The notes under the pieces: model-generated
Databases searched by the model: none
What the model was told of the DNA's origin: nothing
What the model saw: the letters and a program-made list of their open reading frames with translations, nothing else
Shown here: one piece after another, positions 25,536 through 43,871 of the stretch
Position numbering within the stretch: position 1 is the first letter of the stretch
Layout of the letters: every line of letters begins with the position of its first letter
NCBI GenBank assembly: GCA_964016885.1
Contig: OZ024759.1
Span: forward strand, 1-64,000
Length of the DNA stretch: 64,000 bases
Direction: 5' to 3'
From: Eledone cirrhosa
Taxonomy: Eukaryota
Made by a program: the position numbers and the translations under genes

Positions 25536-25965
25536 TATAATTAAAACAATGTTGTATATGACTCTGTAACTCGGACCGATTCTCTTCAAGGATACCTTAG
25601 GCCGCGACTACAAGAACTACTGGTCACATTGCCGATTGTCACTGCAACTATCCTACCTAGGATACATTTCGTTCTAACAACATTATCAGCCCCATCACAA
25701 CCACCTGGACTCCAATATATATTTAGAGGATCAACCATTAGCTCTGCGGTGTTGGCTAGTTACGTGGAGGTAACTAGCCCAAGGTTAATCTGCTACTAAT
25801 ATACTGAGTCTACATCATACTATGTATTGAGTACTTTGATTTGTGGTTTTCCTGGTCCCACTACCTCAGATTATCAACACACACACACATTTATATATAT
25901 ATATATGGTGAATGATTGCATCTTATCTTCAGCTGCTTTGTCTCAAAGTGCTCAACATATATGTG

Positions 25966-25996
<31 letters not shown>

Positions 25997-26172
25997 ATAT
26001 CTCTGTGTGTGTTTATATATGGATGTCTATATACATATATGTGTATGTGTGAGTGTGTCTGCATATGGATGTACACACACACACATGCTACATACACTTA
26101 TAGATAAGTCTGTGTTTGACTAAAAAGACTTGGATGAGAAAAGTAACATTCAATTAATCAAATATATATATA

Positions 26173-26515
26173 CATCATCATCATCATTTCATTTTATGTC
26201 CGCTTATCCCTGCTTGCAAGGGTGGGACGGGAACTGATGCTGGCTTGATTTCTACAGCTGGATGCCCTTCCTAACACCAACCTCATTTACAGTGAGTGCT
26301 GGGTGCTTTTTTGCCGTGGCACCTCCACGACCACTTTACAGTGGAATGATAGGGACCCCAGTCCCTATCATCTCATTTCTACAGCTGAGTAAACTTGAGC
26401 AATGTGAAATGAAGTGTCTTGCTCAAGGAAACAACACATCACCTGGTCTGAGAATTGAACTCACAACCTTTCGATTGCAAGGCCAATGCTCTAACCACTA
26501 AGCCATGTGCCTCCA
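26173..26515 (-). mobile_element. tRNA-derived SINE
   Basis: Reverse complement of 22058-22400. Confidence 0.9.
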
Positions 26516-26556
26516 TATATATATAAATAGATATATTTGTAAATATATCTATTTAT

Positions 26557-27211
26557 GTAAACACACGGACATGTATGCTGTATATACTTATAGATATATC
26601 TATATAAGTAACACACGGACATGTATGCTGTATATACTTATAGATATATCTATATAAGTAACACACATGGACATGTATGTTGTATATACTTATAGATATA
26701 TCTATATAAGTAACACATGGACATGTATGCTGTATATACTTATAGATATATCTATATAAGTAACACATGGACATGTATGCTGTATATACTTATAGATATA
26801 TCTATATAAGTAACACATGGACATGTATGCTGTATATACTTATAGATATATCTATATAAGTAACACACATGGACATGTATGCTGTATATACTTATAGATA
26901 TATCTATATAAGTAACACACATGGACATGTATGTTGTATATACTTATAGATATATCTATATAAGTAACACACATGGACATGTATGCTGTATATACTTATA
27001 GATATATCTATATAAGTAACACACATGGACATGTATGTTGTATATACTTATAGATATATCTATATAAGTAACACACATGGACATGTATGCTGTATATACT
27101 TATAGATATATCTATATAAGTAACACACATGGACATGTATGTTGTATATACTTATAGATATATCTATATAAGTAACACACATGGACATGTATGCTGTATA
27201 TACTTATAGAT
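26557..27211. repeat. 59-61-bp minisatellite with a near-palindromic core
   Basis: About 11 copies of GTAACACACATGGACATGTATGCTGTATATACTTATAGATATATCTATATAA. Confidence 0.95.
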
Positions 27212-27337
27212 AAGTTGTATTTTTTCTTACTAAAATAAATTGGCATGAAAAGAAAAGCCAAATGTAACTTATCAGCTCACCCTTGCACCGAGTTTGAAAT
27301 CTTAATTCAATGACACCAATATATTATGAAACAATAT

Positions 27338-29405
27338 GACTACAGTCACTGCGACTTATCTACAGTTACTGCGACTTATCTACAGTCACTATGACTTATC
27401 TACAGTTACTGTGACATAACTACAGTTACTGTGACTTATCTACAGTTACTGCGACTTATCTACAGTCACTGTGACTTAACTACAGTTACTGTGACTTAAC
27501 TACAGTCACTGTGACTTAACTACAGTCACTGTGACTTATCTACGGTTACTGTGACTTAACTACAGTCACTGTGACTTAACTACAGTCACTATGACTTATC
27601 TACAGTTACTGTGACTTAACTACAGTCACTGTGACTTAACTACAGTCACTGTGACAACTACAGTCACTGTGACTTAACTACAGTCACTGTGACTTATCTA
27701 CGGTTACTGTGACTTAACTACAGTCACTGTGACTTATCTACGGTTACTGTGACTTAACTACAGTCACTGTGACTTAACTACAGTCACTGTGACTTAACTA
27801 CAGTCACTGTGACAACTACAGTCACTGTGACTTAACTACAGTCACTGTGACTTATCTACAGTCACTGTGACTTAACTACAGTTACTGTGACTTAACTACA
27901 GTCACTGTGACTTAACTACAGTCACTGTGACTTATCTACGGTTACTGTGACTTAACTAGAGTCACTGTGACTTAACTACAGTTACTGTGACTTATCTACA
28001 GTCACTGTGACTTAACTACAGTCACTGTGACTTATCTACAGTTACTGTGACTTAACTAGTCACTGTGACTTAACTACAGTCACTGTGACTTATCTACAGT
28101 TACTGTGACTTATCTACAGTTACTGTGACTTATCTACAGTTACTGTGACTTAACTACAGTCACTGTGACAACTACAGTCACTGTGACAACTACAGTCACT
28201 GTGACTTAACTACAGTCACTGTGACTTAACTACAGTCACTGTGACTTATCTACAGTTACTGTGACTTAACTACAGTCACTGTGACTTAACTACAGTCACT
28301 GTGACAACTACAGTCACTGTGACTTAACTACAGTCACTGTGACTTATCTACAGTTACTGTGACTTAACTACAGTTACTGTGACTTATCTACAGTTACTGT
28401 GACTTAACTACAGTTACTGTGACTTAACTACAGTCACTGACTTAACTACAGTCACTGTGACTTAACTACAGTCACTGTGACTTATCTACAGTCACTGTGA
28501 CTTAACTACAGTTACTGTGACTTAACTACAGTCACTGTGACTTAACTACAGTCACTGTGACTTATCTACGGTTACTGTGACTTAACTAGAGTCACTGTGA
28601 CTTAACTACAGTTACTGTGACTTATCTACAGTCACTGTGACTTAACTACAGTCACTGTGACTTATCTACAGTTACTGTGACTTAACTAGTCACTGTGACT
28701 TAACTACAGTCACTGTGACTTATCTACAGTTACTGTGACTTATCTACAGTTACTGTGACTTATCTACAGTTACTGTGACTTAACTACAGTCACTGTGACT
28801 TAACTACAGTCACTGTGACAACTACAGTCACTGTGACAACTACAGTCACTGTGACTTAACTACAGTCACTGTGACTTATCTACAGTTACTGTGACTTAAC
28901 TACAGTCACTGTGACTTAACTACAGTCACTGTGACAACTACAGTCACTGTGACTTAACTACAGTCACTGTGACTTATCTACAGTTACTGTGACTTAACTA
29001 CAGTTACTGTGACTTATCTACAGTTACTGTGACTTAACTACAGTTACTGTGACTTAACTACAGTCACTGACTTAACTACAGTCACTGTGACTTAACTACA
29101 GTCACTGTGACTTATCTACAGTCACTGTGACTTAACTACAGTCACTGACTTAACTACAGTCACTGTGACTTATCTACAGTTACTGTGACTTAACTACAGT
29201 CACTGTGACTTAACTACAGTCACTGTGACTTATCTACAGTTACTGTGACTTAACTACAGTTACTGTGACTTAACTACAGTCACTGTGACTTAACTACAGT
29301 TACTGTGACTTAACTACAGTTACTGTGACTTAACTACAGTTACTGTGACTTATCTACAGTCACTGTGACTTAACTACAGTCACTGTGACTTAACTACAGT
29401 CACTG
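27338..29405. repeat. 20-bp minisatellite (CTACAGTCACTGTGACTTAA) with a 630-bp higher-order duplication
   Basis: About 100 units; rare variants recur at 27951/28581, 28051/28681 and 28431/29061. Confidence 0.96.
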
Positions 29406-29660
29406 GTAACTACTGTCGTGGTAACCACTTTCAAGGTAACTACCGTCATGGTAACCCAACTACTGACACGGTAACCCAACTACCGTCATGGTAACCCAAC
29501 TACTGTCACAGTAACCCAACTACCGTCATGGTAACCCAACTACTGACACGGTAACCCAACTACCGTCATGGTAACCCAACTACTGTCACGGTAACCCAAC
29601 TACTGTCATGGTAACCCAACTACTGTCATGGTAACCCAACTACCGTCATGGTAACCCATC
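29406..29660. repeat. 20-bp minisatellite (GGTAACCCAACTACYGTCAT)
   Basis: About 12 tandem units abutting the previous array. Confidence 0.92.
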
Positions 29661-29771
29661 TAATTTACTGTTATTGTAAATTATCTTATCTGCCATCATT
29701 GCAACTTAGGATAGTTTAAACAAAGAATTGCTGCTTTGACCGTTATAATAAATATTTGCTCTGTGTTTTTA

Positions 29772-29816
<45 letters not shown>

Positions 29817-29865
29817 CCTTATTGAGCCCTCTTTGGATTTTAGTCTTCATATTTATTATTACTAC

Positions 29866-29902
<37 letters not shown>

Positions 29903-30307
29903 GAACTTATCTAGTGTAGTTGCGACTTTCTACTAAATATCTATATATGTGTGGAACTTATCTGGCGTCATTGCGACTTATCTACCAAATATATATCTAT
30001 ATATGGAACCTTGAAATAAATCATCTTGTAAACGTGGCCTTCAGCTGGAATACCAAAAAAGAAAAAAAGAAAAGAAAAAAAAAAGTTTTAATTTTAAAAT
30101 ACATATTTTGGATTTTAGCAAACTTCTCATCTCCCCCGCTTTTCTGTCTCCTACCCTTCTTCCCCACTACCCCTCCCAGTCACTTTAAACAACAATATCA
30201 ACACTTTCTTCTAATGTAAAATACATGGAAAAACAAGAAAATAACCAAAAAACAATATGTAGCAGTATTTGAAGTGGAGTATTTAATCATTAAAATGGTT
30301 AAATGAA

Positions 30308-30346
<39 letters not shown>

Positions 30347-30394
30347 AACATATATGAATAAAACAACAACAAAACTTTTACGAAGTAAATTTTT

Positions 30395-30750
30395 TATTAT
30401 TATTGGTTCTTCGCTCAGCTTCTAACTCAGGAGATTCATTACAGTGTTAGCTGTTCCCTACCAGATAAAACCCCTTATCTCAGCTTCTAACACTGGAGAT
30501 GTATTACAGTGTTGTTCACTGCCAGTGAACTGAGGTAACACCCCTTATCTCAGCTTTACTGCCAGTGAACTGAGGTAACACCTCTTATTTTTCCAGTACC
30601 CTCTGGAGTATTCGAGCTGTTCCAAGCAATGTTGTTTTTTATAAGTTGTAAATGTTCCATCTGTATTACAATCCTTATTTGTGTAATGTCCTTCTCAAGA
30701 TCTCTACTCACTGTTCCCAAGACTCCAACTATTGTTGGTATTACCACAAA
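30395..30750 (-). mobile_element. 3' end of a restriction-like-endonuclease (R4/Dong-like) LINE
   Basis: VVIPTIVGVLGTVSRDLEK...EHLQ resembles RLE C-termini; (TAA)n tail; duplicated 3'-UTR segments. Confidence 0.6.
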
Positions 30751-30799
30751 ATTGTTGCCCTTGTGCCTCAATTAGAAACCGTTATTACTATTATGCCAA

Positions 30800-32012
30800 G
30801 GTTTAGCTTTGCCTTTCATCCTTACGGGGTTGATAAAATGAAGTACCAGTAACACACTGTGGTGGATATAATCGACTTTTCCCTCCATCAAAAATTGTTG
30901 GCCTTGTGCCTAAATCAGAACCATTATTTGGATTGGCAGTATCGGTAGAGGGTTGGACGCCATATTAGGGTGGTGGATTGGCAGTATCGGTAGAGGGTCG
31001 GACGCCATGTTAGGGCGGTGGATTGGCAGTATCAGTAGAGGGTCGGACGCCATGTTAGGGTGGTGGATTGGCAGTATCGGTAGAGGGTCGGACACCATGT
31101 TAGGGTGGTGGATTGGCAGTATCAGTAGAGGGTCGGACGCCATGTTAGGGTGGTGGATTGGCAGTATCAGTAGAGGGTCGGACGCCATGTTAGGGTGGTG
31201 GATTGGCAGTATCGGTAGAGGGTGGGATGCCATGTTAGGGTGGTGGATTGGCAGTATCGGTAGAGGGTCGGACACCATGTTAGGGCGGTGGATTGGCAGT
31301 ATCGGTAGAGGGTCGGACGCCATGCTTTCCAGCATAGTTACGTCCCTTAACGATCTGAGTTCAAATCCCACCGAGGTTGACTTTGCCTTTCATCCTTACG
31401 GGGTCGATAAAATAAAGTACCAGTAATGCACTGAGTAATTGCTGGCCTTGTGCCTAAAGTAGAAACAATTATCATTAACTTCTGTCTTTGAAAGGTTCAG
31501 TTTTGCAAGGTCAGCTTTTATCAACTCGTCCCAGGTCTTCCTGGGTCTACTTACTCCAAGGCTTCCATCAATTTTGATCACCCTACACCTTACATACTTT
31601 ATTTATTTTATATAAATTTATTAATATTATCATTATTTAGGGCAGGGGTTGGCAGTATCAGTAGAGAGTCGGACAACATGCTTTGTGGCATATAGTTACG
31701 GCCCTTTACGTGGTCAGCTTTGCTTTTCATCCTTATGGGATCAATTAAATAAAGTACCAGTAATGTACTGGGGTTGATTTAATCAACTTTCCCTCGCCCC
31801 AAATTGTTGGCCTTGTGTCTAAATCAGAACCATTGGTGGTGAATTGGCAGTATCGGTAGGGGGTCAGACGCCATGCTTTCCAGCATAGTTACGTCCCTTG
31901 CCATTCTGAGTTCAAATCCCGCCGAGGTTAACGGGGTCGATAAAATAAAGTACCAGTAATGTACTGGGTAATTGCTGGCCTTGTGCCAAAAGTAGAAACA
32001 ATTCTTATCATT
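30800..32012 (+). mobile_element. Cluster of second-family tRNA-derived SINEs (about four partial copies)
   Basis: TGGCAGTATCGGTAG A box, GAGTTCAAATCC B box, shared GCCTTTCATCCTTACGGGGTCGATAAAATAAAGTACCAG body. Confidence 0.8.
30929..31324 (+). repeat. 45-bp minisatellite derived from the SINE head
   Basis: About 9 copies; the last runs into the SINE B box. Confidence 0.92.
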
Positions 32013-32014
32013 AA

Positions 32015-32310
32015 CTTCAGGTTCCACTTGGGGAGGAAAATGAGGGACGAGAGAGAAGTGCTGCCTTCTCAACTATTTGTTGAAAGGTGGGTGATAGAGG
32101 TGAGCATGGCCAGAGTGAATGGGTCCACTCTGAGTGTAACCCTGTAGATTGGAGGAGTACAACTGGTACAGGGCACTTACCCTAAAGATCAGGGTACCTG
32201 TGGTTTTATGGGGGTTTTTCCATGAATGCCCCTCAAACATCTCCCTATTGAGGAACCTTGTTTTAATTTTATTATCTTTTTTTTAACATTGTTAAAATTT
32301 GTTTACATGC
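32015..32310 (+). mobile_element. 3' fragment of a divergent Tx1 LINE
   Basis: FRFHLGRKMRDEREVLPSQLFVERWV...MARVNGSTLSVTL aligns with the Tx1 ORF2 C-terminus in this window. Confidence 0.8.
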
Positions 32311-32587
32311 AAAACCCACACACTAACACACCAACACACACACTAAGACACACACCAACACACACACACACCACCACACACACACCAACACACACACTAA
32401 CACACACCAACACACACACCGCCGCACACATACCAACGCACGAACACACACACTAACATACACACACTAACATACACACACCAACACACACACACACACC
32501 ACCACACACACACTAACACACACACCAACACACACACTATGTTTTAGTCCTGTACTGTCATAATGTTTTTCTTGATGTAAACCCTTA

Positions 32588-32813
32588 AATTATGTAATAA
32601 ACAACACAATACAATTATTCAAAGTTGTTCATCAAAAAGGAAATTTTCCTTTCTGATGAATGACTTCGGACACCTTTGTTGAGGTCGTCTGACTTCCTGA
32701 AACCTTTGGTAAATGGAATAATTATATTGTGGTGTTTATTACATAATTAAATAGCTCTGTACTATACATTGAGCACTCTTCTTTCCTTTACCTTTTCTAT
32801 GGAAATATTTCAT
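32588..32813 (+). mobile_element. PLE terminal-repeat hairpin (family D) with a hammerhead at ~32644-32720
   Basis: CTGATGA 32653-32659; stem II TCGGAC-ACCT/AGGT-GTCTGA; GAAA-CC(TTT)GG-TA; short inverted arm 32588-32620; tail with TTGAGCACT. Confidence 0.7.
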
Positions 32814-33047
32814 GTGTGTGTGTGTAAAATATATATATATATCATAAATCATGTCCTTAGAATTATTAGATAAAATATATACCATTTCCTCTCCCAATTA
32901 GCATAAGCGTATGTTTATGTATATGTAAACCTTTATATATATATATAGATATATAGATATATAGATACATAAATATACACGGGTGTGTATGATTGTGTAT
33001 AGAAGATTATATTAATAAGAGGAATTCCAACTTTGTCTGATTTACTA

Positions 33048-33486
33048 GTTTTATTTACAATCCTTTAAAATATATAATTGTTTCTACGTTAGGCACAAGG
33101 CCAGCAATTACCCAGTGCATTACTGGTACTTTATTTTATCGACCCCGTAAGGATGAAAGGTAAAGTTAACCTTGGCGGGAATTGAACTCAGATCGTAAAT
33201 TATATATTAAAATATATAATGGTATTATAATGAAATAGTATGATAGAATATTAAATGTTAAGTGTTAATTGAACAAGTACTTTCATGCTTTCGCAATCTT
33301 CAGGTTCATAATATGTGGTGACAGTCGAGTTTGCAATTTTCAACTTGAAAATTGCAAACTTGACTGTCACCACATATTATGAACCTAAAGATTGCGAAAG
33401 CATGAAAGTAGTGTTCAATTAACACTTAACATTTAATATTCTGCCATACTATTTCATTATAAATTTTAAAGGATTGTAAATAAAAC
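33048..33486. mobile_element. Palindromic PLE-type element (family G), left arm interrupted by a SINE fragment (33080-33196, minus)
   Basis: Hairpin 33225-33462 centred at ~33343; outer arms 33048-33070 and 33464-33486. Confidence 0.8.
33269..33310 (-). ncRNA. Minimal type I hammerhead ribozyme
   Basis: TGAAC-CTGAAGA-T-TGC(GAAA)GCA-T-GAAA-GTAC-TT-GTTCA; the plus-strand mate is mutated (CTAAAGA). Confidence 0.75.
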
Positions 33487-33906
33487 GAGTATTAAAAAAA
33501 AAAAAAGATATATATATATATAAATTGTTTTGACCAAGAATTTTTGCTGGAGCCACTTTTTTAACATAAAAACAGTCTTGGCGCAAAATCAACTTTTTAC
33601 ATTCACATGACCTCTACCGACCAATCAAAATTGTTTTGACCACAAGCATTTTTGCAACACAAAAATAACGCTGGAGCCACTTTTTTAACATAAAAACAGG
33701 TAGAATTCCCAAAACTAATCAGATCAGAGCAAACAGCACGGACACTCTATCTCAAAATTATTTTTGAAAAGCATTTAGAAATGCGCAACCGGTAAAAACT
33801 TAAAACTACAACTGAATACAATCACTAATACTATTTTATTCCTAATTAAACCATTTTTCAACTGTGAACAATTTGTCAGCATTTTCTATTCCGTTTACCA
33901 ATATAC

Positions 33907-33996
<90 letters not shown>

Positions 33997-33999
<3 letters not shown>

Positions 34000-34541
34000 A
34001 AGTTATATTTAAAATTGTTGGGTTACAACTAGTAAATATTTATAACTGATATAAAAGCACTCGACAAATATTTGGAGTATATTTACAATATTAAATAAAT
34101 GGAAAACTATATTTATAAAACCATATTTATTTCATTATATATATTTCTGGGATATCATATTAACAATATGCTATGCCTTCATCAGACAAAATACAATATA
34201 AACAGTTTTATAGATAAATATATTCGACATACCGTAATAAAAATCAACTTCATTTGAAGAGGTTTACGCTAGCAGTGAAAATACAGAGAGAAAGAAAAGA
34301 GGGAAAAACGAAAGAAAGAAAGACAAAACGAAGAAAAGGAAGAAAAAGAAGAAAAAGAAAAAGAAGAAATGCATGGAACAAAATAGAGAGATGGAAAAAT
34401 AGATAAAGCGAAGAGCTTCATGTAAAGAGACAGAAAGATATATATATATATATAGAGAGAGGAAATAGAGATAGATACATATATATATATAGAAAATTAG
34501 GTAGTGGGAGGTCATTTTGAGTAAGTGTATCAATGATACAT

Positions 34542-34572
<31 letters not shown>

Positions 34573-37500
34573 GCTCAAGTATTAATGTAAGGGAGATATA
34601 TAGAGAGATATAGAGAGAGAAAAAAAAATTTTAAAATAGCCAGACATATTCGAGGCGTAGAAAACCCTATGTTTTAATGTATTAGTATTTATAAAACTTA
34701 CACTATATTGTAAATATCAGTATTCCTGAATGAAACAAGTATTCACAATGTGTGAAAATTCATTATCTTATGTTTAGTTTTAAAAAATTCATATGTCTAT
34801 GTGACAGCTACAAATCTCAATGTGAATCCAACTGATTCACTCCGCAAACTCTAAGTTATCGGAAAACATTCTCAATGTGGTATAAAAATTTGAGCGTATT
34901 ATTATTCTTGCGATTACTCTACAAGATTATCTATCAAGCAGAAATAGAGAGCAGATTTCAATATACTAATCGAAAATATATATTATATTATAAACAAAGA
35001 TAACAATAATAATAATAAGTAAAAATATATAAAAATATAGAATAGAAAACTAAAAAAATAATTACGAAAGAATATTACATAATAAAAATATTGCATATTA
35101 AAAATACTACGTATTAAAAAATATTACGTATTAAAAATTTACATATAAAAATATTAAAAATAAAATAAAAAAATAAAAATATTAAAAATATTATAGAATA
35201 CTACAATACTAAAAGAATAAAAATAAAAATAAAAATAAAAATAAAAATGAAAATAAAAATAAACCACAAAGAACAACCCTTCAAAGTTAATTGACAATAT
35301 ATTGCCAAGTTCACTACAAGACAAAGCCAAAAATTATCTATCAAATCACATCTAGCAAAGAATATCGTAAAAAGATTATGATGTCCAATAATGTCTACAT
35401 ATGTTCCTATGTTTAATATAGAAGTTTATCTAGTGTAAGGTTAATTCAAAAAATTTGGAGCATCGGCTTTTAATAATAGGTTTATTCAACTTGATATAGC
35501 TAACTATTATTCTTCTATTACCCCTAGTCTACTAAATAGGGCACTAAATTACGCATTCAAACATACGGACCTAACTAGCAAAGAAATGCATATTATATTA
35601 TCGGCTAGGAATACTTTGATAGAATTTAATGACAAATTATGGACTAGAGCAGATAGAGATAGCAATTTTGACATAACTATGGGATCTTCCGACTCAGCTC
35701 AGGTAACTGACCTTGTGGGCTTATTTTTAATCAATTCGCTACATAGGAAAATACCTGGTACTACCGGAGGCTTATATAGGGATGACATGCTTTTACTTAT
35801 TAATAATAATAACCCTGAACTAAATAGAAAATGTAAACAAATTACAAAATTTTTTAATTACTTTAACCTTAAAATAGAAATTGAGAACAACCATAGAATA
35901 GTCAATTTCCTAGATATAACATTAAATCTCAACACATGTCTCCACTATCCTTTTCACAAGTTGAATGAAAACTTAAACTATGTCAACTTTAACTCTAACC
36001 ACCCCAGATCTGTCAAAAACACTATAGTAAACTCAGTCCCAAAACGTATCTCTAGGATCTCGTCGAATAGAAAGATTTTTGACGAAAAGGCCCAATACTA
36101 TAATGATGCACTAGCTAGGGCAGGGTATGCTGATAAGATTGTATACATAGATAATGATAGACAAACTAAACAAAGTAACAACTTTTTTAATTACGGCAAC
36201 AACATTAACAACTATAATAGAAAGCATTACAATAATTCCAAAGGACAAAAAAGAAATAGAACTAGGAACATAATTTGGTTTGCCCCCCCCCCTTCTCACT
36301 AAACATTAAAACCCACATCGCTAAATTATTTTTCAAAGCTCTTGATAATCGCTTCCCTAGAACACATAGGTATCACTCAATCTTCAATAGGCATACAATT
36401 AAATTAACCTACTCATCCACCAAAAATTTAGCACAAAATATTAATAGAATAAATAATAGGAACTTAAAACCTACTGATAATAGCATAAATAATATACAAG
36501 TTAACAAATGTAACTGTAGAGATAGATCTAAATGTCCGTTAAATAACAACTGCTTAGTTAAAAATATAGTATACAATTGTAATGTTAATACTGACTCTAA
36601 TTCTTTTAACTACGTCGGTTCCACATCGACGGAATTTAAACTTCGCTATAATAACCACAAGAATTCTTTCACAGATCCAAGCAAAAAATCTTCAACAGCA
36701 CTATCAGGGGTACTCTGGCAACTTAAGCTAGATAACGTTAGATATTCGACGGCTTGGAATATAGTCTCAAGAGGGATTCCTTTTAATTCATCCCCTGAGA
36801 CATGTGACCTCTGCGCAGAGGAGATATTCTTTATACTAAAATCTAAAAATTCCCTTAACCTACGGACAAATTTATTCAGTTGTTGCAAACATAGATTAAA
36901 CTCAACGTTTAAATATAAATTTAAATTTAAAATGTAGTATATTTAGTTTGATTTATATTTATATGAGAACTAGCCGATAAATCTTTTGATTCCTAAATCT
37001 TTGATTCCCTCGTTTTACTCTTTTTATTGTTTATTTTATTTTATTTATTTTTATTTTTATTTTTATTTTTATTTTTATCTAAACATTCCTCATGAAAAAT
37101 TAAGCTACCCTAAAAGCCGATGCTCCAAATTTTTTGAATTAACCTTACACTAGATAAACTTCTATATTAAACATAGGAACATATGTAGACATTATTGGAC
37201 ATCATAATCTTTTTACGATATTCTTTGCTAGATGTGATTTGATAGATAATTTTTGGCTTTGTCTTGTAGTGAACTTGGCAATATATTGTCAATTAACTTT
37301 GAAGGGTTGTTCTTTGTGGTTTATTTTTATTTTCATTTTTATTTTTTATTTTTATTTTTATTTTTATTTTTATTTTTATTTTTATTTTTATTTTTATTTT
37401 TATTTTTATTTTTATTTTCATTTTTATTTTTATTTTTATTTTTATTTTTATTTTTATTCTTTTAGTATTGTAGTATTCTATAATATTTTTAATATTTTTA

Positions 37501-38100
37501 TTTTTTTATTTTATTTTTAATATTTTTTATATGTAAATTTTTAATACGTAATATTTTTTAATACGTAGTATTTTTAATATGCAATATTTTTATTATGTAA
37601 TATTCTTTCGTAATTATTTTTTTAGTTTTCTATTCTATATTTTTATATATTTTTACTTATTATTATTATTGTTATCTTTGTTTATAATATAATATATATT
37701 TTCGATTAGTATATTGAAATCTGCTCTCTATTTCTGCTTGATAGATAATCTTGTAGAGTAATCGCAAGAATAATAATACGCTCAAATTTTTATACCACAT
37801 TGAGAATGTTTTCCGATAACTTAGAGTTTGCGGAGTGAATCAGTTGGATTCACATTGAGATTTGTAGCTGTCACATAGACATATGAATTTTTTAAAACTA
37901 AACATAAGATAATGAATTTTCACACATTGTGAATACTTGTTTCATTCAGGAATACTGATATTTACAATATAGTGTAAGTTTTATAAATACTAATACATTA
38001 AAACATAGGGTTTTCTACGCCTCGAATATGTCTGGCTATTTTTAAATTTTTTTCTCTCTCTATATCTCTCTATATATCTCCCTTACATTAATACTTGAGC

Positions 38101-38143
<43 letters not shown>

Positions 38144-38617
38144 ATGTATCATTGATACACTTACTCAAAATGACCTCCCACTACCTAATTTTCTATATAT
38201 ATATATGTATCTATCTCTATTTCCTCTCTCTCTCTCTATATATATATATATCTTTCTGTCTCTTTACATGAAGCTCTTCGCTTTATCTATTTTTCCATCT
38301 CTCTATTTTGTTCCATGCATTTCTTCTTTTTCTTTTTCTTCTTTTTCTTCCTTTTCTTCGTTTTGTCTTTCTTTCTTTCGTTTTTCCCTCTTTTCTTTCT
38401 CTCTTTCTTTCTCTCTGTATTTTCACTGCTAGCGTAAACCTCTTCAAATGAAGTTGATGTTTATTACGGTATGTCGAATATATTTATCTATAAAACTGTT
38501 TATATTGTATTTTGTCTGATGAAGGCATAGCATATTGTTAATATGATATCCCAGAAATATATATAATGAAATAAATATGGTTTTATAAATATAGTTTTCC
38601 ATTTATTTAATATTGTT
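33997..38617. mobile_element. Penelope-like element (Naiad-like), 5'-truncated, with ~1.4-kb inverted repeats
   Basis: 34085-35472 is the reverse complement of 37111-38617; RT/GIY-YIG in between; hammerhead cores at 34179-34185 (-) and 38516-38522 (+). Confidence 0.92.
35473..36937 (+). pseudogene. PLE RT (5'-truncated) plus GIY-YIG endonuclease, frameshift in a C-run at ~36290
   Basis: FDITMGS, GLYRDD, VNFLDI; CNC..C.L...CL..NIVY...YVGST; CDLC..E, LN..CCKH. Confidence 0.9.
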
Positions 38618-38637
38618 ATATATATATATATATATAT

Positions 38638-43568
<4,931 letters not shown>

Positions 43569-43580
43569 TATATATCTATC

Positions 43581-43631
<51 letters not shown>

Positions 43632-43634
43632 ATA

Positions 43635-43779
43635 ATGTTTAATATAGAAATGGCTTCTACAGGACTAGAACTGTTTTTTCAAAAGAAAGAAGTCATTTCT
43701 ATATTAAACATGATGTTTACACTCTACTAATGTATTGAGTACCTTACTGTAGTTATTCCCGATTGAACCCTGGATTCAT
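43635..43779. mobile_element. Very short PLE terminal-repeat hairpin (family E) with tail
   Basis: ATGTTTAATATAGAAATGGCTTC / GAAGTCATTTCTATATTAAACAT arms; GCTTCTACAGGACTAG shared with 60878; TTGAGTACC tail. Confidence 0.65.
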
Positions 43780-43871
43780 ATATATATATATATCCAGGGA
43801 GTGTAATGCAAAGTTACTGTAGGTTCACCGGGGTGAGCACTCTGTGTTTAGGTTCATGTCAGTATAGAGGT

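Noticed and set aside
30910-31426. 15-aa repeat ORFs on both strands
   Set aside because: By-product of the 45-bp SINE-head minisatellite
36275-36937. Selenocysteine recoding as reported for some Naiad PLEs
   Set aside because: Cys positions use ordinary Cys codons; no in-frame UGA seen here or in 61700-62578
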